64,000 nucleotides of DNA, from assembly GCF_001194135.2 (NCBI RefSeq), contig NC_068995.1, positions 50,619,610 through 50,683,609 on the forward strand, in the 5' to 3' direction. Shown here piece by piece: positions 27,439 to 40,965 of the stretch. Position 1 is the stretch's first letter. The number at the start of each line of letters is the position of its first letter. The translations under genes and the position numbers were made by a program. This DNA comes from Octopus bimaculoides (Eukaryota). The notes under the pieces were generated by a model. The model was not told the DNA's origin and searched no databases. It saw only the letters and a program-made list of their open reading frames with translations.

Positions 27439-27475
<37 letters not shown>

Positions 27476-27626
27476 AATGTGTGTGTGTGTGTGTGCGTGC
27501 GTTTGTCCCCCACTATCACTTGACAACTGATGCTCGTGTGTTTACATCTCCGTAACCTAGCAGTTCGGCAAAAGAGACTGATAGAATAGGTACTAGATTT
27601 ACAAAGAATAAGTCCTNNNNNNNNNN

Positions 27627-27663
<37 letters not shown>

Positions 27664-27881
27664 AATGTGTGTGTGTGTGTGTGCGTGCGTTTGTCCCCCA
27701 CTATCACTTGACAACTGATGCTCGTGTGTTTACATCTCCGTAACCTAGCAGTTCGGCAAAAGAGACTGATAGAATAGGTACTAGATTTACAAAGAATAAG
27801 TCCTGGGGGTCGATTTGTTCAGCAAAAGGGTGGTGCTCCAGCATGGCCGCAGTCAAATGACTGAAACAAATAAAAGAGTAT
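27279..27881 (+). mobile_element. SINE family A, young copy, containing an artefactual 178-bp duplication
   Basis: Near-consensus head and tail; 27439-27616 repeated at 27627-27804 across a 10-N gap. Confidence 0.9.
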
Positions 27882-28167
27882 ATACCCGAACCCTACAGTT
27901 TCTCTTACGTCCCATGAAAACATATTGACCCAATGTGAAAGTAGACTTTGGTTCTGACTAAGGTTTACTGTCCTCACTGCTTATTGTGAGTCATGAGAGA
28001 GAGAGAGAGAAAGAGAGAGATAGAGAGAGAGAGACAGAGAGAGACAGAGAGAGACAGACAGACAGACAGGGTAAAAAAGAGTAAGTGAAAGAGAGAAAAA
28101 AACAAGCACAATGCAGCAGGAGAGTGATTAATTGGGAGAAAGCGAGAGAGAGAGAGAGAGAGAGAGA

Positions 28168-28207
<40 letters not shown>

Positions 28208-29271
28208 GAAAGAGGGAGGGAAAGGCATTGTGAGTAAACACTGAAAATTGTAGAAATCTTAATTAATTAATGACCAGTAATTGCAATGACTAGTTTTATG
28301 ATGCCAATTAGAAACACAGATTATTATATGTCGGAATAATCAACAGCTCCATATTTAGAAAGGTGAACAGTTCATCCAGGGTAGAAGATTTTCATTCCAT
28401 AAGCCATGATGTCATTATTTATTCTAAATTAATGGTATCCAAAACACTTCCAGGTAGCTACCCTGAATATTCTATTGTCTTGGTGACTACCAAATCAGGC
28501 TCTACTTATAGAAATGATCACCAATTATTTCCACTCTCAAACCTAATGATGTTACATGACTAAATATTGAGAGCAGTCTTTTAAAGTGGGGAGAGAGAAT
28601 GTGTAAAGGTATAATGAACTGAGTTGACCCTAGTTTATTACTGGTACTTATGTAATTGCATCAACTCTAAAGGGAATGAAAGGCAAACCCAATAGTGGTA
28701 AGATTGTAACAGAACTGAATTTAACAAAATTTACTATTTCACATTGTTTTTACAACTAGGTACAAGCCAAACTGTTTTTTTTTTTTTGTAGTGAAGGTAT
28801 TGAGATAATTTAATTTAATCTATGTGTGCATATGCGGTTGGGTATTTAAACCTGAATATGACTCTAAACTGCATTCAGTAATGGGGCCCTAGTTCAGGAG
28901 TTCCCAAGTTTTGAGGAGTGTGGAACCATCTCTCAGCCACCGGTGTTTTCTAGCCTACTCTGACCAGGAATAGCAGCACCTCTCAGTGTCCCAGCTATGA
29001 GTTAATTAGCAATATTAGGGCTTGTTTATTTCTGTTTGCAAATGCTGGATCCAGCGGGCTCTGCAGAAGAAACCTTCATGGTACAACGGTGAGAAAAGCA
29101 GCTGCAGCAATGCATTGTAGAGTGCAGAGAGCAATGTGAGGCAAGTAAGATGTGTTGGTCATCCACTGCATTTGTCTCCATCCCAAATCATTTTGACCTG
29201 GCCTTGCAACTGGATTAAGATGGTCACAGATGAAAGAATGGGGGTTGACAGGGTGAAAATCTTCACTTTAA

Positions 29272-29500
29272 CCCTTTAGCATTCAGATTATTCCGTCAAA
29301 TGTAATACAATCTATTCACAATATTTGAATTAATCATGCATTATCTGGTACTTTATTTCATCAACCTTGAAAGGGGTGAAAGAAATGTTGATTCTGACAG
29401 AATTTGAACCCAGAACATAAGGAACCAGAACAATTAATGCAAGGCAATTTTTCCCCAATACTCTAATGATTCTGTCGGCTCACTGCCTTCCAAAACCTCA
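29272..29500. mobile_element. Truncated family 1 MITE abutting a minus-strand family C fragment
   Basis: TTAA-CCCTTTAGCATTCAGATTATT then GGGGTGAAAG...CAGAATTTGAACCCAGAAC. Confidence 0.7.
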
Positions 29501-29611
29501 AATAACGAAAACAATTATTTTACTTGATCCCTTCAAATTCTTGATTATTTTCGGAATTAAGACACCTATTCTGTTAGAAATATGACCATGAAAAGACTAA
29601 GCCTTCTCTCT

Positions 29612-29777
<166 letters not shown>

Positions 29778-31900
29778 TTTGTTTTGCAGGATTTGTGTTA
29801 AGAATCCCAGAAGTATTATATAATAAAAAAAAACAATGCCAAGATTGATGTCTGGAATGGGAATAGATGCAATAGATGCTAAGAGCACTTAGAGATTTGA
29901 TTGTAAAAAACATGAAAGTATTCAATTTTTTTTATATATATAGCTTTGACATTCCAGAACAAATTCTAAATCAAGTATAAAATCTCTCCAATTTTTGTCA
30001 TAATTGTAGGCAAGTGCAGAGAATTAAATATCAAACTAGACACTAAGCTTTTAGAATACAGGAGGAGAAAATACCAACAAACAAATGTAAAATGTCTCTC
30101 TTCATCCGATTATAAACAACCATCAGTTTTGTCTCTGAATATGTGAATATATGAAGTGAAAGAACAACAAAAAAAGAAGAATTATGATAATAATTGTTCA
30201 ATTGAAAGATATTTGAGAAATCATTATATTTTTTCAACCACAACTGAAATGGTCAGGCCAATTATGAAATATATAATGACCAACCAGCCTGTCCATTTTT
30301 TCATTGATCACCATCATCACCAAACACTGAAATCATGGTATTCAAACCAGTTGCTGAAACCAACAGCAGTTTTGGTGCTGACTTCAGCTGAAACCCCGGC
30401 AATCAGCAGACAGTAAGCAAATGAAAGGACAAGCAGTAGTACCAGAACATTGCAATCCTCAAGCATCATTTAATTCTATGTTGAATCTACTCAGTCCAGC
30501 ATTCAATAAACTGCAATTGATTTACTCTCTCACACACACACACAGTTTGTGTCGTGTGTGTGTGTGTGTATGTGTGTGTGTGTGTGTGTGTATCCAAATG
30601 TAAAAACTTCAGTCAAACATTTTCAACAACTCTACCCATTTGCTGACAACATGGACTGTTCAATCTTCCCTCTTAGACAGCAAGGATCCAATCCAGTTAT
30701 GATGCATTTTCAGTTTCAGTAATATACTGACTGTATTCAGTTAACTATACATCCCCCTTGCAAAAGTTTGGCCTTGAGGCTAATCACAGGAAATTAACAT
30801 ATATGTGTAAGAAGAAAGACTATGGCAGGACAGAAGGACAACAATCACAAAACTGATGAAGATGGTAATGATGCTGACATTTAGCCCTAGGTCAGTCATG
30901 ACTGAATAAACAGACCTATGATCTTAAAGCCTTCCAACTATGATCAGCTAGTTTTTATTTATGGTACATAGTGTAACTAGGATTACATTCATTATCCATA
31001 CCCTTCCATTTTTAAAACAGTAGGATGAAATTTTAGGTAGATTCAGCTGCTATTTCTAGCAGGTTGAATGAACAAGTAGAGGTGTGATGATCACAATGGC
31101 AGTGATGGTAGTGGCATTGAAGATATCCTTGATGTCTGCATCCCAAAAATTAAACCTCTTCCACCTTTATTTTTTGGCAAAGCTGGTTAGATTATATTCT
31201 TGTATTCCTAAAATAACCATTCTGACTAGGGAACAAGGAATATACAGTGAGGTTAGCATGATTTCTGTTCAGCTTTGTTGCTGCAGAGAAAAATGCAGCT
31301 GCTGTTGTCTGTCTGCCAATAGGTCTCCCAGACATTGGATGGGAGATTTCTGTTGCTAAGCACAGGAAATTTCGAGATGAGTTCCGGATGCTTTGTGTGC
31401 ACATGCAACATTGGTTTTTTTTTCGCTTTGTTTTGTTTTTGTGATACATTTATTGGCAAACAGCACATGCAGCTAAAGGGCTTCTTAACACCAATGATGG
31501 AATTAACAGATGTGACCACCAAGAGAGAGAGAGCCTTTAATAAATATATGGTAAGGCAAAGAGGAGGGTGCTGCTCTCAGCAATAACCGAAAGTGTAATA
31601 TTTGGATGATGACAGTAACGATGATGATGATGATGATGATTACAGCAGAGTGTAACAATAGTATCAGAAACAAACAACACAATGACGATGATGACAGAAC
31701 AATTTACAAGGCATCAAATTATACAGCCCTGTTGTCAGACAATCAAATGATACTGACCATGATAAAAGATAAAAGCAGACAGACAGCTGCTGCCACGTCC
31801 CTTAAAAGCCTCTTATTTTTAGGAACCAACTATTGATTTCTATCCCCCACCCCAATTTCCTAGCTTCATTTTACATAAACAAATCAAGCACACGTTAAAC

Positions 31901-31938
<38 letters not shown>

Positions 31939-34462
31939 ATTGATAATATTGTATGGTGCTTGATGAAGGCAAACTACTTCATATAAAACAGACAGGCTGT
32001 ATGAACTCTGCACATAAATATATCCTATAACTAGTGTCAGATCAAATTTCTGACCGAATGGTAAAGGGTTATAAATGTGGTTGACAATGTAAGGGTAAAA
32101 TATTCCCTCATCCCCTGTTCCCCACTCCATAAAAACCATAGTAGCCAGATGGTCTTTAAAACATAGAGCAAAGATGAAAACAGCAAACACCATTGTTAAC
32201 AGCTAATATTTATTTGTAGTTATGTGGGTGATTTCTGCAGAGTAAATCCTTGATGAGTCAAGACCCCAAATTTGTGTTGACTCTAGACAGATCTTTTTAG
32301 AAAACACATGCACACACATATTATGTATGAACATCACAACTCTCCATTTATATATTTCTGAAAGATATAAGACTTGATGTCTATGTAAGAAATGTCTTTG
32401 TGTAAGCACACCTTATAAATAAAATTAAGAGTCAACTCTTAATTATTTTTTTTGTTTTGTTTTTTTTTATTTATTTATTAAATAGCTTAGAAGAGGAAGA
32501 GTAGCATCCAAGACACTTTTGAGGATCTCCACGACTGGTGGGAGGAAATTATCCACAAAGCAGACACCTGACCCTTTTCAAAATCTTTATGACAAGTAGG
32601 GGAAAGTCATCCTCAAATTAGCGGCCTGACCCGAATGTTTACAACAGTGTGGACTCAGCAAAAAGCACTTAAGGTCCAGGTGGCCATGTTAAACCTGTTG
32701 ACTAATTAAATCTACACACAACAATATTCCAGCTATTACCATCCTGCCATTTTTTGACAATCGAGGACATTGTCCAATGTGTCCAGAGGCCTGATGTCAA
32801 TCTATGAATGTTGAGGCCTGCCCCAATTCATTGTTTTGCCTCCGGGCTTATAACGATATTAAGACAATGGTTCTGACCCGTTCTTTTAATAAGATGTTTT
32901 GGTGTATTTATAGCTAACAAACCATACAGATGTTCCCTCAATGACTCATTGTTAAGACATTACTTTTCATAGTGTGACAGTTAAGTTCTCAGAAACATAA
33001 ACTTTGTCAACCAGGTCAACAGCTGAACTAATCTGTATTGCAGCATCTTTTATTTATCTGAGTGGGACTAAAAACTGGACTATCTATCATGACAAATGTA
33101 CCTCACAGGTTTTAATCCAGAGAATTGAAGGTTTGATTATGGCACCAAAATATATTTTATATTATTCTATTAAATTAAATTTTTTATTTTTACATCCACC
33201 CTGGTACAGGTATGAAGATTGTATAAATTTTGTTATTATTAGGCTAGGAGTTGTTGAAGTAAAATGGTCTTAGGAGACTAAAGATGTGGAATTCAAAGAA
33301 ATGAAAGCCAGATCAGATGTTTCAAAACCCTGCCATAACCAACTTGATCATGTGTTGCAAATAATCCCTGCATACCTGGGTGTGTGGGGATGGGGAATGA
33401 AAGTGATTTTCCAACTAGAGATACTAGGATGAGAAGAAAATATTTTATTTAAGAACACAATAATAAAGCCAACAAAAGAGTTTCATATTGTGATCAAATC
33501 TACAATCCAGTGACTTTAAATTGTTAATTACAACCATTTACATGAAAGATAAAGAAATTAGTAAAGGATACTTGCCACAACTTCAAGGAAAATAACAACG
33601 GAATCAAATAGACACCACTTACCTCTGAAATAAGAAGAAAGAAAAGATAATGTAATAGATGAATATGAAATAATTGATAAAAAATAGATTAATTAAAATA
33701 ATATTAATATTTTGTTTTAAATATTGCAATAATATCATGAAAGAGATTCAACATTACTTGGGTAAAATGTTGCAGATTTGAAAGATGAAAAGAAATAGGA
33801 TTTATAAAACTTCGATATTAGACGTGATAAACATTAATTTGACAGAACTTGAATAATGCACATGTGTGTTTGTGCATTGACTTCCAGGTAACACAACATT
33901 ACTGATTTATATAACAGACATACTAGCAGGCGATAGATATGCGATCCATGTCCTGTCAGTAGGCCACTTGCACTTTTGAGTCTCAAACTGCTGATCCTGA
34001 TGTCTAATATCATTTACATTAAAATCTTAACGGAAAATTCTTTAAAGTTTTATTAAAAATTAGGTGAAGATGGTCATAATTTAGGATAAAACCCAGTCTC
34101 TCTCTTTCACTCTCAGTTCATCAAAACCTTACGGTACAACAGTGACACCCACAAAGGATTCATGAGCTAATGAGGAAGCCTCTATGCGGTTACTCAACCT
34201 GCTAGAAATACCAACCAAATATCATCCAAACATTCTTGGATAAAAAGAAAAAAAAAAACATTGGACAACATAGTTCTAAATATAAAAACAACAATTACAA
34301 CATAATAACAACAACAACAACAATCATAAAATGCTAGATATGTCAGTTAGTTAGTTGACATGTTTTGTGTTTCTTTTTTGTTTCACAGGTTGGACCAAAT
34401 CATTTTTTTTTCTTTTCTTTCCTCTCCCAAGCAACCTCCTTTTGAGCAGAATTTCAGAGTAC

Positions 34463-34465
<3 letters not shown>

Positions 34466-34530
<65 letters not shown>
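34466..34530. repeat. Poly(A) tract of about 65 nt
   Basis: Direct inspection. Confidence 0.95.
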
Positions 34531-34531
<1 letters not shown>

Positions 34532-35099
34532 AAGAACAAATCTAGACTATTTGTTGAATGCTTTAAAATGCAGCGTGCAATATTGCAAGTGCTAATTAGC
34601 GAGGCATTGAGCAAAATGAATGCAATGATTGTAGGACATTACATAGGAAAGGTTTCCTATAGCAGAGATATGAAGCTGAAAGTCAGCAGACAAGTATAAC
34701 AATGTGGAAAATGTTACAATATCACTTGATTGCTAGAAATGGTACTCTTTGGGTTTACTCTTTTTTTTTTTTTCTGTCTTCATTGTCTCTATATCTACCA
34801 CCCCCACCCTGCATTCTCCTGTCTATAATCTAATGTATTCAAGCCTGTCATTTTCTCTGTGTTACTTTAGAACAAAATATTTCAGTCAGAGGAATGTTGT
34901 CTGGCCTTTCTAGTCAAGAATCAGAGATGATATATGCAATAATTTACTTTTAAGCAAATGTCTAATAGCATTAAATAGCATTTTAAATAACATACTAAAT
35001 AGCATTAAAAAAATATTTTATTAGTCAAATAAAGTAGCACTGTAACATTCTAGATAAAGATATAACAATGATTTCTAAAATAGATATAGATTTATATCA

Positions 35100-35345
35100 G
35101 CACTCAAAATGTTATCAACCCCACATCCCAGGAGAAGAGCAGGATTTGAACTCAGACCATAAAGATCTGCGACTAATACTACAAGGTATTTTGTACGACA
35201 TTTTGTAATTTCTTGGTTCCACTTAGCCCAAAAGGATGAAAAGCAAAGTTGACCTGGGCGGAATTTGAACTGAGAACATAACGGCAGATGAAATACCGCT
35301 AAGCATTTCGCCTAGCATGCTAACCATTCTGCCAGCTCACTGCCC
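35100..35345 (-). mobile_element. Family C SINE, two tandem pieces
   Basis: GGATTTGAACTCAGA at about 35141; AAAGGATGAAAAGCAAAGTTGACCTGGGCGGAATTTGAACTGAG...CTGCCAGCTCAC. Confidence 0.8.
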
Positions 35346-35447
35346 TTGCCCAAACAAAATATTACCTTGAATTTTGTTTAGTAATGTGGCCCACCTGATG
35401 ATGAGCCATGTTTCATGCAGTCCACTTCTTGGAAAAGGTTGCCCATA

Positions 35448-35800
35448 GGCAGACATGGCTTCCCAACCACATGGTTTCAGGTTCAGTCTCACTGCATGGC
35501 ACCTTGGGCAGGCGTCTTCTACTATAGCTTTGAGCCAACCAAAGCCTTGTGAGTGGATTTAGTAGACAGAAACTAAAGGAAGCGAGTCGTGTGTGTGTGT
35601 ATCTGTCCCCCTCCATCACTTGACAACCAGTGTTAGTATGTTTATGTCCCTGTGACTTAGCAGTTCAGCAAAAGAGACCAATAGAATAAGTACTAGGCTC
35701 TTTTAAAAAACAGAAGTACTGGAGGTCAATTCATTCAACTAAAAAAAAAATAAAAAATTCAAGGTGGTACCCCAGCATGGCCACAGTCTGAAACAAGTGA
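35448..35800 (+). mobile_element. SINE family A
   Basis: TTCCCAACCACATGGTTTCAGGTTCAGTC...CAGCATGGCCACAGTC. Confidence 0.9.
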
Positions 35801-36334
35801 AAAACACAGATACATTTACTCATTCCTGTCTTATAATTGTTTTTAGCCTCATACTAGCAAACACAGACCATGACCAAGCACATTCCAGTCATGGCCGCCT
35901 TTCCTTTTAATCAGTGCATGGAAGACGACATTATGTAAGATGCCATTCCTCTTTAAAAGAAGAAAAAAAAAAGGTGTCTATTTGACTGGTATTTCTAGCA
36001 AGGCATGCAGCCACAGAGAGGCTCTCTTGTCAGCTCATTCCTCTGTAGGCTTTTTTGTATTGTGTTCTGTTGTGTGACAAGACAGTTGGGTGCCCCTTGC
36101 TTATTGACATGTTACTTTATACAAAGGAAGTGTGTTAGTTATCAAAAATAAATGCGACTATCAAGAAGGAAAAGAAAACAATTGATAAGTTTAAAAGAAA
36201 AACATGCAAAGTTGCGTTTGTTTCTTTTATATTTTATTATCAGTTCTCAGAATCTACTTCCGCATTACCTTTATTCAGGTGAACATCATTATTATTTATC
36301 ATCCTCGTCATCATTATCATCATGAGGATGATGG

Positions 36335-36500
36335 CTTGGCAGAATCATTAAAGAAGATAAAATGCCTCCACCAAGTTCTACTTCACCCTTCAGCCCTCTA
36401 GGGTTGATAAGATAAAGTACCAGTCAAGTATTGAGATCAATGGTATCACCTTACCCCTCCCCTCAAAATTGCCAGTCCTGTGCCGAAATTAAAATCAATT
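36335..36500 (+). mobile_element. SINE family C, degraded
   Basis: TTGGCAGAATCATT...GATAAGATAAAGTACCAG...CCCCTCAAAATTGCCAGTCCTGTGCCGAAATT. Confidence 0.7.
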
Positions 36501-36526
36501 ATTTTTATTAATATCGATATTATTAT

Positions 36527-36800
36527 TATTGAGTGAGAGAGCAGTGCATGCCATCAAAGTGACACTGGGGTGCAAATATATGAAGCCCAGTATACCCATC
36601 ATGACTACCCGTCTGATAAGGGTACACCAGGCACATGCATCACAACCATGTGTGCACGGCACAGTGATCTCATATCAAGATAAACAGTGCATGACTTTGC
36701 AGGTGGGGCCCAGTTAGAACTTTCTTCAGGTCAAGTAGCCCATCTCGTGCAGCCACTGGCTCTCCAGACCTCAGTCAAACCGTCCAAACCATACTGATGA
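36527..36800 (+). mobile_element. Interspersed repeat of unknown class (family E)
   Basis: GC-richer block GCAGTGCATGCCATCAAAGTGACACTGGGG... that I recall as a common octopus repeat; ends in a D-like GTCAAACCGTCCAA motif; single copy here. Confidence 0.5.
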
Positions 36801-37005
36801 TTATTATTATTATTATTATATATTTTTTGGTAATAAATTATAGCCTTCACAATTAATCAAGATTTCATAGTTACATTTCTCATTTCTTTGGATATTCAAG
36901 TCAAAATAGTATATTTAGAACATACAAGTAAACCATTAGTTTACTTGTATTATTTTGATGATATGGACTCTTAGATAAATTAAAGTAATATTTACTAGGC
37001 AAATA

Positions 37006-37390
37006 CAGGCAGAGTTCCATTAATCAGGTATCCAATAATCCAGGAAACCCAGTTGAGTAGTACTTTTTGTTGTACAAATTTTTTTCCCTATGTGCCATCA
37101 TTGACCTCACTCCATCATTCCTGATATCCAAGTTAAAAAGAACAAGAAGCTGCACCTAAGTGTTTTGAATTTGTTTTTATCTACGATATATGTTATCCAT
37201 CCATTAATGAAAATAGCTTCTAAAGCTAACCAAAGTAACTGAGTTGAGAAAGATAGGAAGAAGAAAGCATGTAAGTCTAACACTGCACCAAAGATTGAAA
37301 TACCACAGCTTTTGAAACAGAGATGGAAATCTGAATGTTGTCATGCATGAATATAACATAGATTCTTCAAGAAATTATGATATTAATAAC
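37006..37390 (+). mobile_element. Tigger/pogo DNA transposon 5' remnant with decayed CENP-B/psq-type HTH
   Basis: TA-CAGGCAGAGTTCCATTAATC terminus-like start; frame from 37259 reads RRKHVSLTLHQRLKYHSF*NRDGNLNVVMHEYNIDSSRNYDINN, matching the Tigger/jerky pattern KRKHxxLTxxQK...EYNIGxSTIYDIKK. Confidence 0.7.
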
Positions 37391-37606
37391 CCTTTTATTG
37401 CTGAAACCAGTTTTATGTACCAATTTATCTTTTGTTGAGGAATGTCATATTTGAAACTACTTTCTGTTGAGATATGTCAAATTTGAGGAAAGGTGACTTG
37501 CCGAAAATATCAATTGTATTTTTTTTTTTTTTCTTTTTTGTTTGGAAGATATTTAACATCATTACTGGAATAACCATGAAATTTAACTTCACAGTGAAAA
37601 GTTTAA
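37389..37606. mobile_element. piggyBac-like MITE, family 3 (old)
   Basis: AACCCTTTTATTGC ... CACAGTGAAAAGTTTAA; aligns with 54839-55010 (TTTGTTGAGGAATG, AGATATTTAACAT, CATGAAATTTAA shared). Confidence 0.65.
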
Positions 37607-37686
37607 GAAGCAAAATGGCCAGTTAATGCAATTTATGGCCAATTCAGAGACAAGTAAAGATATTAAAATGTAGCATAAACATAAAA

Positions 37687-37809
37687 TGGATATATTATAT
37701 CCTCATCATTAGGAATGAGTTTATTCCAGTTCTTTTTATGGGTTTTTCCCAGTTTCATCTCCATCAATGCACATTTTTCAATTCTGAAATTTATCCCATT
37801 GTCATTAGA
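37687..37809 (-). mobile_element. Decayed non-LTR RT fragment (R4/Dong/NeSL-like)
   Basis: Frame SNDNGINFRIEKCALMEMKLGKT resembles the recalled motif FSNDIGMEFGLEKCAxxxMKRGK. Confidence 0.5.
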
Positions 37810-38815
37810 GGAAGCAGGACAGCATGCATGCTCCTATGAGATCAGTGAGCTGAAAGGAGGAAGTTGCCCTCAGCTCAGGGATCAGCTGTAAAGTGGGTAT
37901 GGATTACATATACAACAAATGTGTGTATATACACGCTTTTATTCTTTTACTTTTCAGTCATATGATTGCAGTGGGTCTGAACCAGGAACCATGTGGTTGG
38001 GAAGCAAAATGTCTTACCACACAGCCATGGCTGCATACATATATATATATATATATAATACATACATACATATATATATATAAATACACACACACACATA
38101 TGGTCAAAAATACATCTAATAAAATTGATATCGTATACGATGCCATGAAAGCATCCATCATACAATAGAATTTATACGCTGATAGGACAACATTTTAAAA
38201 TGTATTATGGAATAAATCCTTAATTTAAGCGGATAAAATTAAAAGGATTTGAGTTAGGGGAAAATGATGTTGAGGTATAAAAATATGCTTCTTATGATGA
38301 GAAGAGTGGGATGGAAGTCACGTAAGGTGGATAATACAATTTATTAAAAGAATCTGCTTAGTCACAGACACGGCTTTTTAATCCCAACACTACCAGCACC
38401 AGATTAATGTTTGTATTGCTAAGACATGTCTAAGAATACATCTCATTATCCATTCTTTTCTTGAGTGCGAGAGAAAGAGTGTGTGTGTGTGTATGTGTGT
38501 GTGTGTTTATGCGTGTGTATAAAAGAGAAAGAGAGAAAGAAAAAGTGAAAGGGTGAGAGACACTGAGTCAATATGTGTATATGTATAAGAAAGTGAGTGG
38601 GTGTGCATGACATATACAAGTTACACAAACATAGTGAAACTGTCTTTAGAAATACATGCCAACTATGTGTAATACATAATCTCTATGTAACATGCAGTGG
38701 AGATCTGTTATGTGCACTACATTGCAGTCATGTATTACATATATACAGTAAACATGCATTACATGTAAAGTGGGTACGGATTACATATACAGCAAATGTG
38801 TGTGCGCACACACAC

Positions 38816-39010
38816 TTTTATTTCAGTCATATGATTGCAGCCATGCTGGAGCACCACCTCAAAGGATTTTAGTCAAAGAAATCGACCCCAGGACTTATTC
38901 TTTGTAAGCCTAGCACTCACTCTATTGGTCTCTTGCTAAATCGCTAAGTCACGGGGACATAAGCACACCAGCATCAGTTGTCAAACGAGGGTGGGGGCAA
39001 CCACAGACAC
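38816..39010 (-). mobile_element. SINE family A 3' half
   Basis: TTTCAGTCAT...CCATGCTGGAGCACCACC...ATCGACCCCAGGACTTATTCTTTGTAAGCCTAG. Confidence 0.9.
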
Positions 39011-39119
39011 GCCACAGATGAATATATACATATATAAATAGTACTTCGAGCTGTGAGGATAAGACTAGACTGACTTGGGGCTTCAACTTAAGTCCCTAAT
39101 TCAACTGAATCTTAATTAT

Positions 39120-39347
39120 TGCTTTTATACCTTTAACGTGGCTCCCAGGGAGATTCTGTGTGACATAGAATGTCATTAGGTTGACCCTTTGAATCACAGT
39201 TACAACATATTTTCACCAGCTGAGTGGACTGGAGCAACATGAAATAAAGTGTCTTGCTCAAGGACAGAGTGCACCACCAGGAACTGAACTACTGACCTTA
39301 CAATCGTGTGTAGAATAGCCCTAACCACCAAGCGGTGCTCCTTCACA
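39120..39347 (-). mobile_element. SINE family B1 with an alternative tail
   Basis: GCTGAGTGGACTGGAGCAAC...GTGTCTTGCTCAAGG is the reverse complement of the 5280 body; the tail differs from that copy. Confidence 0.75.
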
Positions 39348-39919
39348 TATGTACATCTATTAGAAGTATATTTCACAGGCATTTCTTCAATACTAATCCT
39401 TCAAAAGCTATAATAAATGTAGGTAATTCATGATTTAATATACTGAATACAAAAGATTGAAGACCAGCAATGGATTTTAAATTACAAAAAGTATATTGTA
39501 CAATCTCACATATCAGATTTGATTGAAAAATTCAATCAGGGAAAGACGTGTTGTTGTTTAATCCTAACTTACCACTCTTCAAGAAGACCAAAAATCAAAA
39601 AACATTCCATCTGAAGCCAAAATGTAAAAAAAAAAAAAAATAATAAACAAAGAATATCACAAAATAGCACAGAGACATTTAGTCTACCAATGTATTGGGG
39701 TTTTGCTATTCCACAACTCTAACATTGGATAAATTAAACAAGGAAACATACACAAAGTCCAGTGTAGAGTTGCTGTTATCTAAAATTTGACAAGGAACCA
39801 TTTTTTTTTTTGTGTGCATGCATATGTATTATAAGTATTAGAAATATATGGAAGTGTTATTTAAAAAATTTAAAGAAACTAAAACTAAACATTATATATA
39901 TACATAAAGATATATATAC

Positions 39920-39958
<39 letters not shown>

Positions 39959-40314
39959 TAGAGTGGTACGCACATTCATATGTAATTGCACACACATACA
40001 CATGGTTATATGCATGCTTGTAGTAACAAAAGGGAAAAAAGAAACAGAATTTAAATTATAATGTAAGGTCAGTCAAAAAGCATCTCACTACTTAAGGCTT
40101 GGCGCCAGTGAAGAAAAAGACATAGCTTATTATTATGGCCAGGTTCTGAGCTTGTTAAGCAACAGAATTTTCCCTTGCTAACATGAAGCTTTAAGGTACT
40201 GACATATTTTCTGAGAGAGAGAGAGAGAAAGAGAGAGAAAGAGAGAGAAAGAGAGAGAAAGAGAGGGAGAGAGAGGGAGAGAGAGGGGNNNNNNNNNNNN
40301 NNNNNNNNNNNNNN

Positions 40315-40346
<32 letters not shown>

Positions 40347-40459
40347 AAATGTAGTAATGATAATGTGTGTGTATGTATTTGAATACACAGACCGACCAAA
40401 GACAGACTGACAGACAGTTAGATATAATACAGAGACCATAATCAATTAATGCTCATTTT

Positions 40460-40837
40460 ACCATGATTACATGGGTCAGACAGAATTTGTTGAGGCAGAT
40501 TTTCTATGAGGAAATGCCTTTCCTGTCACCAAACCTCACCTGTTTCCAAGTAAGGCAATATATCCCCACAGCTACATCCCAAAGAAGACAGGAAACAAAC
40601 AATACTTCTTTTATGATGGTGATGCTCATTTACAAATGCTGTACTTTGTCAAGACAAAAGAGACACACACATACATACAATAAGCATTCTTTCAATTTCC
40701 TTGTACTAAATCTACGTACAAGGCTTTGGTCAGCCCAGGTCTATAATAAAAGACACTTGCCCATGGTGTCACGCAATGGGACTGAATCCAAAACTACACA
40801 GCTGGAAAGAGAAATTCTTAACCAAACAGCCATGCTT
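40460..40837 (-). mobile_element. SINE family A2
   Basis: CATGGGTCAGACAGAATTTGTTGAGGCAG tail plus GACACTTGCCCATGGTGTCACGCAATGGGACTGAA head. Confidence 0.85.
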
Positions 40838-40862
40838 ATATAGACAGAAAAAGCCTTAGACA

Positions 40863-40965
<103 letters not shown>

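Noticed and set aside
27439-27804. 178-bp identical tandem duplication
   Set aside because: Exact copies on either side of a 10-N gap: assembly artefact
31271-31443. GC-richer block with an acceptor and frame FVAAEKNAAAVVCLPIGLPDIGWEISVAKHRKFRDEFRML
   Set aside because: No convincing donor, several frames open on both strands, no family recognised
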